NCBI GenBank assembly: GCA_029210725.1
Contig: JARGFM010000014.1
Location: 42,519 to 106,518 of the forward strand
Length of the DNA stretch: 64,000 nucleotides
DNA from: Bacteroidales bacterium
GTDB taxonomy: Bacteria > Bacteroidota > Bacteroidia > Bacteroidales > GCA-2748055
Reading direction: 5' to 3'
The notes under the pieces are model-generated. The model worked only from the letters and a program-made list of their open reading frames with translations. It was not told the DNA's origin and ran no database searches. Position numbers and translations under genes: made by a program. Shown piece by piece: positions 46,032-55,425 of this stretch. Within the stretch, counting starts at the first letter, position 1, and every line of letters begins with the position of its first letter.

Positions 46032-48149
46032 TTACAGCCGTAAACCGATCACCAGTACATCATCAATCTGACTCAGGTCTCCTTTCCACTCCTCAAAAAT
46101 CAGGCTAAGGATCCGGTGCTGCTCTTCCATGGGGCGTTCATGCACTTCCAGCAACAGGTCCTTGAAAGGTCTGTATTTGAATTTCTTTCCCTGCGGACCT
46201 CCAAACTGATCAGGGAAACCGTCGGTGAACATGTAGACCCGGTCGCCCTGTTTCATGTCGATAGTGTGCCTCGTGAAATCCGACATCTTTTCATAGTATG
46301 CCACCGGCATATTGTTTCCCTTATACTCTAACATTTCCCCATTTCTGACAATATATACGGGGTTGTTGGCCCCGGAGAACTCCAGTTTCCTGGTCTGCAT
46401 ATCATATATAACCAGAGCCATATCGATGCCGTCTTTCTGCTCCCCGATTCTTCCTTCCTGCTTCAGGGTGCGTGCTATGCTCAGACGGAGCTGGTTCAGA
46501 ATCATATCGGAGTTCATCACTCCCTTCTCATTTACAATCTCATGCAACATGGTGATTCCAAGCATACTCATTAAAGACCCGGGGACTCCATGCCCGGTGC
46601 AGTCGGCAGCTGTAAGCACTATCCGGTGTCCACTCTGGGAGATCCAGTAAAAATCACCGCTTACGATATCCCGGGGTTTGAAAAAAATAAAATGTTCGCT
46701 AAAAAGAGTTTCAAAAACTTCGTCTCCCGGCAAAACGGTATTTTGAATTTTCTTGGCATAGTCGAAGCTGTATTTGATCTCTTTATTCTGTTTTTCGATA
46801 TGCTCCTTCTGTGCCTGTATTTCAAAGGTGCGTTCCTGTACCTTATCCTCCAGTTCGCGGTTCACCTTGTCTTTCAGCGCTGCATTTTCCTTGAGCTGAT
46901 CAATGATTCTGCGCTGAGCCACCTCCCGGCTTTTTTTCAGGAGGTTGATGCGTTCACTCAAACCAATGGAAAAGGCAAGAATTTGAAGGGTGACGCCAAA
47001 TTCCAGGCTGTGTTTTCCTATGGCATAATCGGCCAGTGCATAGTTGGTGGCAATTCCCAGTATCAGGAAGAGATTGGCAAACAGAAAGTACCTGGCGGGC
47101 TGGAAATTCTCCCTGGTAAGGATCATGGCAGGTACCACTGCCAGGAAGAGGCAGCCGATGGCCGAGACGATCATAATGGCAAATCCGCCCAGTTCTATCA
47201 CAAAGGGCACATCCACACCCAGTCCCTGGAGCAGGATTATGGCAAAGTTAAGAATAAGCCCCCCCACCGTAAACCAGACCGCGATCAGAAGAATCGTATC
47301 CCAGGATTGCAGGGTATTCCGGGTATCCAGATAGGCGCGTCCGAATAAAAGATAAAAGAGGAGGAATATCTCCAGCAGGAAGATGGTAATAGGTGCGGTA
47401 ATCAACCGGGGGATTAACTCGTATATATAACCCTCCTTATTGATGAAAAAGAAAAAGAAGGCCAGGATATAGAGAATATAGTAGAGGTAGGAGTTTTCAC
47501 GCCCCCGGACAAAAAGAGGGATATGATAAAGGATCATAATCAGAAGAATCCCGGTGAAGATTCCAAAAACAAGACGTTTGGAACGGTCATGGGCAAGAAC
47601 ACTATGTTGGGTCGAAATGGTAAATATAAGATCTGAAAGCACAGATTCCGGCCCCAGGGTTACGCTCAGATACAGAGTATCGTTCTGGCCCGGTGGAAGA
47701 TAGAGGCGAAGGTCATCCGATCCGCTGATATTCACATCTTTTTTCCTGGGATGAAGCTTGTTGCCTGAGTTGCGCACCGTCACCATGCCGTTGTCGAACT
47801 TCTGGTACAGTTTATACTCATCAAATTCAGAGATATCGTTTCGCTGCAGGTGAAAGGCGAACTGACGGGTGGACCGGTTTACAAAATAGAATCGGAACCA
47901 GATGCAACTTCCGGTCGCACTGTTTACCAGAGCAGGATCCGGGTTATTGTAATCAACTGGTTTGAACTGCTGGTCCATCATCCCTGAAAACAGTTCCGCG
48001 GGAAGGACCGAGCAATGAGGATCTGCCAGAAACTGCAGCTGCATATCAGAAATACTTAGCTCCTGTACAAAATCGGACAGAATCACTGGTTTCTGTGCAG
48101 CAAGTAATTGGCAGACTATCAGAAATATTGGAGCAAGACTAAAGCGCAT
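46032..48149 (-). CDS. 7TMR-DISM sensor fused to a PP2C/SpoIIE-type serine phosphatase
   Basis: A signal peptide and an extracellular DISMED2-like domain are followed by seven TM helices and a coiled coil. The PPM domain carries AADCTGHGVPGSLMSMLG and ...FTDGFPDQFGG. Confidence 0.8.
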   Translation of the reverse strand: MRFSLAPIFLIVCQLLAAQKPVILSDFVQELSISDMQLQFLADPHCSVLPAELFSGMMDQQFKPVDYNNPDPALVNSATGSCIWFRFYFVNRSTRQFAFHLQRNDISEFDEYKLYQKFDNGMVTVRNSGNKLHPRKKDVNISGSDDLRLYLPPGQNDTLYLSVTLGPESVLSDLIFTISTQHSVLAHDRSKRLVFGIFTGILLIMILYHIPLFVRGRENSYLYYILYILAFFFFFINKEGYIYELIPRLITAPITIFLLEIFLLFYLLFGRAYLDTRNTLQSWDTILLIAVWFTVGGLILNFAIILLQGLGVDVPFVIELGGFAIMIVSAIGCLFLAVVPAMILTRENFQPARYFLFANLFLILGIATNYALADYAIGKHSLEFGVTLQILAFSIGLSERINLLKKSREVAQRRIIDQLKENAALKDKVNRELEDKVQERTFEIQAQKEHIEKQNKEIKYSFDYAKKIQNTVLPGDEVFETLFSEHFIFFKPRDIVSGDFYWISQSGHRIVLTAADCTGHGVPGSLMSMLGITMLHEIVNEKGVMNSDMILNQLRLSIARTLKQEGRIGEQKDGIDMALVIYDMQTRKLEFSGANNPVYIVRNGEMLEYKGNNMPVAYYEKMSDFTRHTIDMKQGDRVYMFTDGFPDQFGGPQGKKFKYRPFKDLLLEVHERPMEEQHRILSLIFEEWKGDLSQIDDVLVIGLRL

Positions 48150-48209
48150 TCCGGTTTTTTCCTTCCAATGTCAAATATAATGTATATTTACAAAAAGTTT
48201 ATCTAAGGA

Positions 48210-50228
48210 ATGAATAGAGACCTTATTAAAACAAGGTTTATACAAATTGCCATTCTGATATTGATTTCCTCCTGTTCCGGTAATGTGATCCAGACTACTG
48301 TTTTTACGGATGGCTTCCAGGAACTTGAGCCAGGCAACAGGCCTAACTTTGATTCATCCGATCCGGCTATATGTTATGATGAACGAAGGGGAAATATTGG
48401 TAAATGGAGTGTTGCCACAAGCCTCAGGCAGGATGGGTTTGACAGGGCGTGGGTCATCCGCAACGAAGACGGAGAGAACTATCTGGCTCAGACCTTTACC
48501 AATCTGAACAACAAGAATTCTCCATTGAGTCTGGTCACTCATCCCTTAATTGTGGCCGGAGAAGAATTATGGAGCGACTATACGATCCGGGTCGAATTCA
48601 CTCCTCTGGCCAAGTTTGATAAATGCGGCGTAGTATTTGGCTACAAACACCCGGCCGATTTCTTTTTTTTTGGTGTTGAAGGGAATACAGTCACTTTGAA
48701 ACATGTGCAGCAATCAGTAACCCCTTTGAGGCCCATTGAGCGGATTCTGGATATCAGACCGCTTGTCTGGAGTCCGGGAGAAGAGTTGAATGCCACCATC
48801 ACGGTTCGCAGGAACAAGGTCTCCACCATCCTGAACGATTCTATCAATATGCATGCCGAGGGACTGGCCCTTTCCGGCAAGATCGGTCTGATTTCGGATC
48901 TGCCTGCCAGGTTCCACAGGGTAGAGGTGAAATTGCTCAGTGGCGAGCTGCGAAAACTGTCAAGGAAAAAGAGGCAGCTCGACAGGCGGCTGGAACTGAA
49001 CCAGAGTGATTTTCCGGAGATGGTGCGCTGGAAGAGATTTGATACGGGCGATTACGGTATCAACCAGAATATCCGTTTGGGTGACCTGGATGGGGACGGA
49101 AACAAGGAGATTGTGTTTGTCAGGCCCGATGCTACCGGATCGGGAGTAGGATCAGTTTCTGTGATAAACCTGGATGGCGAATTGATGTGGCAATACGGCA
49201 GTCTTCTGAAAGATGAGGACTGTTCCGGTGTGGAGTTACCGGTTCAGATTCATGATCTGGACGGAGACGGATCGCGCGAAGTAATTTTTGTTAGCAGGGG
49301 ACGGATCTATATCCTTGAGGGTCATACCGGAAAACTGACCCGTCGTATCATGATTCCCGGATCCGGGAATGTTAACTCACTGATTTTTGCAGATCTGCTG
49401 GGTTCCGGCAGGGACAATTGCATCTTGCTTTCTGATCGCGAGCATCTTCTGAAGGCCCTGAACGAAAAGGGAGATCTGATTTGGGAGCAGCATACCAGCT
49501 CGGGATCCCAGCCGATGGTATATGATATGGACGGGGATGGCCGGCACGAGGTCCTGATGGGATATTCAGTCCTCAGCTCCGAAGGAGAGCAGATCCATGA
49601 TGTGGGGGTGCATATAGGCGACCGCTGTAACGGGGTTACTGTTTATGAAATGGTAGACGGCGACCAGCGGATACCCTGCCTGGTTTATGCGGCAGGCGAC
49701 TGGGGACTGCTCTATTATGACTTTGAAGATCATCTTTTAAAGCAGCATATACTGGGTCATGTAAGTCACCTGGGGGTGGCTGAGTTGAATCTGGAATCGC
49801 CCGGACTGGAAGTGGTCACCTCTAATGGCTGGGGCAGCCGGGGGCTGGCTCATGTATTGGATGCAAATGGAACGCTGCATACCGGGTTCCTCCCGGAATC
49901 GGGTGAATTCAGATGTCAGAGTGTTAACTGGAAAGGGGATGGGGAGGAGTTTTTCATCACTTCAGCCGACTCCGTCAGAGGAGGGATGTATGATGGGCAC
50001 GGACAGCTGTCAGTGGCCTTCCCACCGGATGGGCACCCGGTCTCCTGTTACCTGGCCACAGACCTTACAGGGGATGCCCGGGATGAGATCATTCTTTGGA
50101 ATTCCAGGGAGCTCTGGATTTATACGCAATATGATAATCCCCGCATGGGCAATACTTACGAGCCACGCCGCACCCCTCTCTATAATCACTCCATGCACCA
50201 GATGTACCGTTCTGCGCCGGAGTGGTAG
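48210..50228 (+). CDS. Lipoprotein with N-terminal ConA/LamG-like domain and FG-GAP/VCBS beta-propeller repeats
   Basis: Lipobox ILISSC. The N-terminal segment has a ConA-like fold signature (DYTIRVEFTP...GVVFGY...FFFFGVEGN). Repeated Ca-binding FG-GAP loops follow: DLDGDGNKEIVFV, DLDGDGSREVIFV, DMDGDGRHEVLMG. Confidence 0.6.
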   Translation: MNRDLIKTRFIQIAILILISSCSGNVIQTTVFTDGFQELEPGNRPNFDSSDPAICYDERRGNIGKWSVATSLRQDGFDRAWVIRNEDGENYLAQTFTNLNNKNSPLSLVTHPLIVAGEELWSDYTIRVEFTPLAKFDKCGVVFGYKHPADFFFFGVEGNTVTLKHVQQSVTPLRPIERILDIRPLVWSPGEELNATITVRRNKVSTILNDSINMHAEGLALSGKIGLISDLPARFHRVEVKLLSGELRKLSRKKRQLDRRLELNQSDFPEMVRWKRFDTGDYGINQNIRLGDLDGDGNKEIVFVRPDATGSGVGSVSVINLDGELMWQYGSLLKDEDCSGVELPVQIHDLDGDGSREVIFVSRGRIYILEGHTGKLTRRIMIPGSGNVNSLIFADLLGSGRDNCILLSDREHLLKALNEKGDLIWEQHTSSGSQPMVYDMDGDGRHEVLMGYSVLSSEGEQIHDVGVHIGDRCNGVTVYEMVDGDQRIPCLVYAAGDWGLLYYDFEDHLLKQHILGHVSHLGVAELNLESPGLEVVTSNGWGSRGLAHVLDANGTLHTGFLPESGEFRCQSVNWKGDGEEFFITSADSVRGGMYDGHGQLSVAFPPDGHPVSCYLATDLTGDARDEIILWNSRELWIYTQYDNPRMGNTYEPRRTPLYNHSMHQMYRSAPEW

Positions 50229-50353
50229 CTTTGGCGGCAGCTTCTTATTATTTTGTATATTGCAAATAATCGTTCTGTATTATTCTTTTTTGGCACGAAC
50301 TTTGTTTTGTATACGGCAAAACACCAGAGGCAAAAATACCGGGAGGAAACGTC

Positions 50354-51859
50354 ATGAAAACTATAACATTTGCCATAATCAGTTCCGCTATTATTCTGGC
50401 ATCCTGCAGTTCAGCGAAATATGCCGCTACTTCGGAATATGATGATATCTATTATAATCCCAATAGTACAGAGAGGCAGGCGAGCGCTGTGCTTGCAGAT
50501 GAGCCTGCAGTGACAGCTCAGGAGGCGATAAGTGCACAGCCCGTTTACCAGGAGCCGGACTACAGCAAATCAGCGGAAGCAGCCGGAGATAACCTGAGTG
50601 ATTACGAAAGATATAAGCTGCAACAGGAAGCCGAGATGCTTGGCGAGTCTTATACACCGGAGGGCAGCGAAGCACTCTATGCCGAGCAATACAGCGAATT
50701 CGATACCCTGGGGCAGTATGGCCAGGAGAGTGCTCCGGTAGTGGTTAATAACTACAATTATTATACCGATCCCACCGACTATTACTATTCATCCAGCCTG
50801 AGAAGGTTCTCAGATAATTACTATGGCTGGAACTACTATGATCCCTATTACACAGATATGTACTGGTATACCGGAAGTCCGTTCAGCTGGGGAATCAGCA
50901 TGGGATGGGGATACCCGGGATGGGGAATGAGATACTCCTACGGATACCCTTACTATCCCTCCTATTACGGATATTATGATCCTTTCTATTCCTATGGTTG
51001 GGGCGGCTACTATGGCGGTTATTATCCATATTATGGCGGTTCCTACTGGAGTGGGTACAACCATGGGTTTTATCATGGATATTACTATGGAAGCAGTGAC
51101 CTTTACGGTGCCAGCTACCGCTATGGCAGAATGGATAACAGGCACTACTACGGATATTCAAGACGATCTGATGTAAGCACCGGCAGTGCAAAGGTCTCTA
51201 CAACCGGCGATCCCAGGTACAGGAGCCGCACCGCGACGTCCTCAACAAGGGAAGCCACTGCCACACGAAGCAATACCAGAGTGTCCGCCACTACCCCCAG
51301 GCAGGTAAGCAGATCTTCTGCCACTGCGACTCAGAGGCAGGTGAGAACCAATACGTCCACGGCTGTACAGAGGGGGACTGCCAATACGGTCCGGACCACC
51401 AGGACGCCTCAGTCGGTCAATGCCCAGCAGCGTAACAGCAATGCTGCGACAAGGGGAACCTATACCCCAAGCTACAGCAAGCCCCGCACCAGTGCTACTT
51501 CGACCTATAACCGGAGTGCTGTACCAAACAGGAATTATTCACCGTCCACTGTTCCGAGCCGTACCCCGGCCGTAAACCGCTCAGTTACCACGCCCAGCCG
51601 GAGCAGCACGATCAGCCGTCCGAGCAGTACCAGCCGCAGCAGCAGCTCTTACAGCCGTCCGAGCAGTACCAGCCGCAGCTCCAGCTCTTACAGCCGTCCG
51701 AGCAGTACCAGCCGCAGCTCCAGCTCTTACAGCCCTAGTTCGGGTGCCAGCCGTTCCAGCGGCTCAGTCAGCCGGAGTTCAGGCGCCAGCTCTTCCAGCG
51801 GCTCAGTCAGCCGGAGTTCAGGTGGATCTTCCAGGTCTTCAGGTTCGTCCAGACGTTAA
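50354..51859 (+). CDS. Low-complexity lipoprotein: acidic linker, Tyr/Gly/Trp-rich core, Ser/Thr/Arg-rich repeat tail
   Basis: Lipobox IILASC, with GGAGG 7 nt upstream of the ATG. By my count, residues 131-270 contain 44 Tyr. Residues 271-501 are almost entirely S/T/R/N/P and contain SRPSSTSRSSSSY three times. Confidence 0.6.
   Translation: MKTITFAIISSAIILASCSSAKYAATSEYDDIYYNPNSTERQASAVLADEPAVTAQEAISAQPVYQEPDYSKSAEAAGDNLSDYERYKLQQEAEMLGESYTPEGSEALYAEQYSEFDTLGQYGQESAPVVVNNYNYYTDPTDYYYSSSLRRFSDNYYGWNYYDPYYTDMYWYTGSPFSWGISMGWGYPGWGMRYSYGYPYYPSYYGYYDPFYSYGWGGYYGGYYPYYGGSYWSGYNHGFYHGYYYGSSDLYGASYRYGRMDNRHYYGYSRRSDVSTGSAKVSTTGDPRYRSRTATSSTREATATRSNTRVSATTPRQVSRSSATATQRQVRTNTSTAVQRGTANTVRTTRTPQSVNAQQRNSNAATRGTYTPSYSKPRTSATSTYNRSAVPNRNYSPSTVPSRTPAVNRSVTTPSRSSTISRPSSTSRSSSSYSRPSSTSRSSSSYSRPSSTSRSSSSYSPSSGASRSSGSVSRSSGASSSSGSVSRSSGGSSRSSGSSRR
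51614..51730 (+). repeat. Three tandem 39-bp coding repeats (SRPSSTSRSSSSY)
   Basis: Repeat unit AGCCGTCCGAGCAGTACCAGCCGCAGC(AG/TC)CAGCTCTTAC at 51614, 51653 and 51692. Copies 2 and 3 are identical. Copy 1 differs at 2 nt, a synonymous Ser change. A second, degenerate 2 x 39-bp repeat follows at about 51751-51828. Confidence 0.9.
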
Positions 51860-51925
51860 ACTGTCAGTCAAATCCGGGATCCCCCAAAGGTTCCTGGTTT
51901 CCTATGAATTAAAACAGATATTGCT

Positions 51926-53377
51926 ATGAAAAAACTATCATATATGGCCTTGCTGTTTCTGGGTTCCATCCTTACAGTGAATGCCCAGAATGAGATGCAG
52001 GCCCTGAGATTTTCCCAGTTCAATCCTTTTGGAACAGCCAGGTATGCTGCACAGGGAGGTGCCATTGGTGCGCTGGGTGGCGATTTCACTTCGGTGCTGA
52101 CCAACCCGGCCGGGCTTGGGCTTTACCGTTCTTCTGAATTCTCTTTTTCCCCATCCTTTTACTGGGTGAATACCAGCTCAGATTTCCAGGGAGCCGTGGC
52201 CGATGAATCACGCCTGAAATTTAACCTGGGGAGCATCGGGATGGTCAATGCCATGACCCGTGACCGCAGCAGCGGAATTGTGGGGGCGGCATTTGCACTG
52301 GGCTACAATACCCTGGTTAACTTCACCAACAGCACCACCATCCGGGGGATCAGCCGGTACAGCTCTATGCTGGACGATTTTACCTGGCATGCCAATGCAG
52401 ACCCGGATAACCTGAGCCCCTTTTACGAACAGCTGGCATTTGACACTTATCTGATGCCCTATGATGAGACCTCTGAGAGCTACTGGCACGATATGCAGCT
52501 TGACGGCTATGGTCAGCAACTCTATCGTTCCTCTCTGCAATCGGGATATATTGGGGAGTATTCCATTTCCGGGGCATTTAATTTCAGCAATCTTCTCTAT
52601 TTTGGAGGAACCGTGGGATTTCATTCCGTACGCTTTTATGAAGATATCTACCATAGCGAAACTGATCAGGATAATCACGTTCTGGATTTTGACAGTTTCA
52701 GGTTCAGAGAGTATAACAGTACAAACGGATGGGGCTATACAGCACGTTTCGGTATGATTTTCAGGCCTATACAGATGCTCAGGATCGGAGCTTCTTTTCA
52801 GCTGCCCACCTATTACCGGCTTACCGATGAGAAGTACACGGATATGGACTCTTACTGGGACAGTGCTTCGGGGATTCAGGATGCCTCAGAAGGATCGCCC
52901 AACGGGATCTACGACTACAAGCTGAAAACTCCGTTCAGGACCAGCGCCCATGTTTCCCTGATCCTTTTTAAACTTGCCACGGTTTCGGCCGGCTATGAAT
53001 ATGCAGACTATTCTGCGGCTCGTCTGAGCGCCTATGACTATCCGTTTATTGATGAAAACGACGAGATTCGCCAGGCCTTCCAGGCAGTCCATAACCTGAA
53101 GGCCGGGGCTGAAATCAGGCTCGGTACCCTGTATGTGCGTGCCGGTGGGCAGTATTTGATGAGTCCCTTTACAGATAGCAGGAACAATGCAGAGAGCTGG
53201 GTCTATTCGGGAGGTCTTGGAGTCAGGACACCCAGAGTCTTTTTTGACTTGAGCTACACCCACTCTGCCACGACCGAAGTATATGGCATGTACGCCTATG
53301 AGCCGGGTGCCAATGAGATTTCTGTCAACGACATCAATGGCAATAACCTGATGTTCACTGTAGGATTCAAGTTCTGA
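51926..53377 (+). CDS. Outer-membrane beta-barrel, FadL/TodX-like
   Basis: Signal peptide MKKLSYMALLFLGSILTVNAQ. The N-terminal hatch-like block is ARYAAQGGAIGALGGDFTSVLTNPAGLG. The C-terminal strand ends in FTVGFKF. Confidence 0.55.
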   Translation: MKKLSYMALLFLGSILTVNAQNEMQALRFSQFNPFGTARYAAQGGAIGALGGDFTSVLTNPAGLGLYRSSEFSFSPSFYWVNTSSDFQGAVADESRLKFNLGSIGMVNAMTRDRSSGIVGAAFALGYNTLVNFTNSTTIRGISRYSSMLDDFTWHANADPDNLSPFYEQLAFDTYLMPYDETSESYWHDMQLDGYGQQLYRSSLQSGYIGEYSISGAFNFSNLLYFGGTVGFHSVRFYEDIYHSETDQDNHVLDFDSFRFREYNSTNGWGYTARFGMIFRPIQMLRIGASFQLPTYYRLTDEKYTDMDSYWDSASGIQDASEGSPNGIYDYKLKTPFRTSAHVSLILFKLATVSAGYEYADYSAARLSAYDYPFIDENDEIRQAFQAVHNLKAGAEIRLGTLYVRAGGQYLMSPFTDSRNNAESWVYSGGLGVRTPRVFFDLSYTHSATTEVYGMYAYEPGANEISVNDINGNNLMFTVGFKF

Positions 53378-53990
53378 GACTGCGTTGCAGGTATGATAAT
53401 GCATCCGGACCCAGGTTGAAGATCAGATCAAGGATACTCAGGTTGGGACAGAAGCCCAGGCGGTCCGAGAAGACCTGGTGATATTCCGGAGGATGGAAAG
53501 CGGGGTCTTCGGTCGCCTGGTCTTTTTTAGGATGGATAAAATCCCTGGGGTCATGCTCTGCAGAGATGGGGCTAAAGCTATCTGAACAGCTTAGCGGGAT
53601 ATCCAGCCCCAGGATGTTCAGGGATTGTTCCACAAGCTGAAGATTAAGGTCTATCAGAAACTCAGATTTCTTCTGGTAAAAGGGACGGATCTCATCGGCC
53701 AGAAACTCAAAGAAAGGCGAAGAGGCATAGGAAGCAACCAGGCTGCGCCAGTGGATCTGGTTCCAGGGGGTGTCGTAGTCGATCCGGATGTCGCGAAACA
53801 GGGTTTTGATTCCACTTTTCCGTTTTACCGGGATCGATAGAGGGATCACTCCATTGGGTCCCATGATCAAACAACGGTTCCGGTAGGTTTGCTTGCTATA
53901 GTTTTCGTGCTGTTCCAGCACAATCTCCTTCTGCCTGACAAGGCGGGCATAATAGTTAACGGGTCCGTTATAGAGAGCCGGAAAAACCAA
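53367..53990 (-). CDS. WbqC family protein
   Basis: The 207-aa ORF matches the WbqC-like family: PALYNGPVNYYARL...ENYSKQTYRNRC...GVIPLSIPV. Confidence 0.8.
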   Translation of the reverse strand: MVFPALYNGPVNYYARLVRQKEIVLEQHENYSKQTYRNRCLIMGPNGVIPLSIPVKRKSGIKTLFRDIRIDYDTPWNQIHWRSLVASYASSPFFEFLADEIRPFYQKKSEFLIDLNLQLVEQSLNILGLDIPLSCSDSFSPISAEHDPRDFIHPKKDQATEDPAFHPPEYHQVFSDRLGFCPNLSILDLIFNLGPDALSYLQRSLRT

Positions 53991-54001
53991 TGGAAGGGTA
54001 T

Positions 54002-55417
54002 TTACCTGCTGGCCCTGACGATGCGGAACATCCGGTTCCAGCGGACCCCTCCATACTCTTTATCCACACTGAGCCAGATCAGGCGCGGTTTTCCAATCAC
54101 ATGGTCTTCCGGCACAAATCCCCAGAAACGGGAATCGGCCGAATTGTGCCGGTTATCTCCCATCATGAAGTAATAGTCCATCTGGAAGGTGTAAGTGGAT
54201 GCTGGTTCCCCGTTGATGTAAATCTGTTCACCAATGATCTCCAGCTTGTTCTTCTCATAGGCCTCCATGATTCGCCGGTAGAGTGGAAGGGTTTCCGTGT
54301 TCAGATCAACAGACATTCCTTTCTGAGGAACGGTCAGGGGTCCGAAAAACTCCAGGTTCCAGGGATATCTTTGGTCGTGGGGAAAGATATCCCGGTCGTA
54401 TTGCCCGTCTGTGAACATATTGACGGCTTCCACACTGATAACACCGGGCAGGGCCCCTATTTCCGCGGCATTATTACTGCTCAGGGGGAAGGTATAATTG
54501 GGATTGTTTCTGACATCTGCGGCATCCCTTCCAACACCAAAGGGTTCCAGCGAACGCGGATTGATAGGGGTGCCATTGGTTCTTACCCTGTACCAGCGCT
54601 GGATTCCCTCATGAGATTTCTGCTTTTCCCCATTTACATAAACTTCGTTGTTGATCACCTGGAGGGTTTCCCCCGGAATGGCCACGCAGCGCTTGATGTA
54701 ATTATCGCGCCGGTCAACGGGCCTGGTTTCCACATCATATTTTTCGGCAATTTGTTTGCGTACATAATCTTCATACACCCTCATGGGCCGTGTACGGTTG
54801 TTCTGTGCCTGGTCTGCCTGCATCAGCTTGTATGCTTCATCACGAACCAGGTCGTAATAGTCAAAATTGCCCCTGGCATATAGTGTGTGATCTCCTTTCT
54901 CCAGGGCAACTGTATCGGAAGCAGGGAAATTGAACACTACGATATCGTCCCTTTTGACAGTGCTGAATCCTTTCAGTCGTTTATACGGGCGCTCGATCCA
55001 TTCCAGGTAGGATTTTCCGCCAAGTACTGTATTTGGAAGAAAGGGGATAGCCAGGGGGGTGTTAGGGGTCCGGGGTCCGTAAGCAGTTTTGCTGACATAG
55101 AGGTGGTCCCCTACCAGCAGGCTGCCCTCCATGGAAGGGGTGGGAATCTTATAGTTCTGAAACAGGAAGATATTGATCAGTGAAACTGCAACCACTGCAA
55201 AGATCAGGGCATCGAGCCATTCAACAATCACATTGTTCTTTTTCTTCCTGCTTTTCCAGAAGGACCAGTTAACCTTTTTACTTACATAGATATCGTATAC
55301 CACAGGGATGCCAAACAGGAACCAGTAGTTTTTCAGCCAGATCACAAAAAGGATGTAAATCGTGAGGGCCAGTCCGAACTTGAAATATTTGTGTTTCAGT
55401 AATTTACTAATATTCAT
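54002..55417 (-). CDS. lepB: Signal peptidase I (long Bacteroidota form)
   Basis: N-terminal TM helices. Catalytic Ser block [20 protein letters not shown] and Lys block [11 protein letters not shown]. The [17 protein letters not shown] box is also present. Confidence 0.85.
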   Translation of the reverse strand: MNISKLLKHKYFKFGLALTIYILFVIWLKNYWFLFGIPVVYDIYVSKKVNWSFWKSRKKKNNVIVEWLDALIFAVVAVSLINIFLFQNYKIPTPSMEGSLLVGDHLYVSKTAYGPRTPNTPLAIPFLPNTVLGGKSYLEWIERPYKRLKGFSTVKRDDIVVFNFPASDTVALEKGDHTLYARGNFDYYDLVRDEAYKLMQADQAQNNRTRPMRVYEDYVRKQIAEKYDVETRPVDRRDNYIKRCVAIPGETLQVINNEVYVNGEKQKSHEGIQRWYRVRTNGTPINPRSLEPFGVGRDAADVRNNPNYTFPLSSNNAAEIGALPGVISVEAVNMFTDGQYDRDIFPHDQRYPWNLEFFGPLTVPQKGMSVDLNTETLPLYRRIMEAYEKNKLEIIGEQIYINGEPASTYTFQMDYYFMMGDNRHNSADSRFWGFVPEDHVIGKPRLIWLSVDKEYGGVRWNRMFRIVRASR

Positions 55418-55425
55418 TACGCTGT

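Noticed and set aside
51614-51828. Regular 39-bp repeats as a possible CRISPR or other non-coding array
   Set aside because: The repeats are directly tandem with no spacers. They are in frame within a long ORF and encode SRPSSTSRSSSSY. This is a coding tandem repeat, not a CRISPR array.
53990-54883. 297-aa plus-strand ORF opposite lepB, together with similar antisense ORFs at 39675-40436 and 36601-37203
   Set aside because: All are embedded antisense to genes with clear catalytic motifs. There is no independent support such as a promoter, terminator or motifs.
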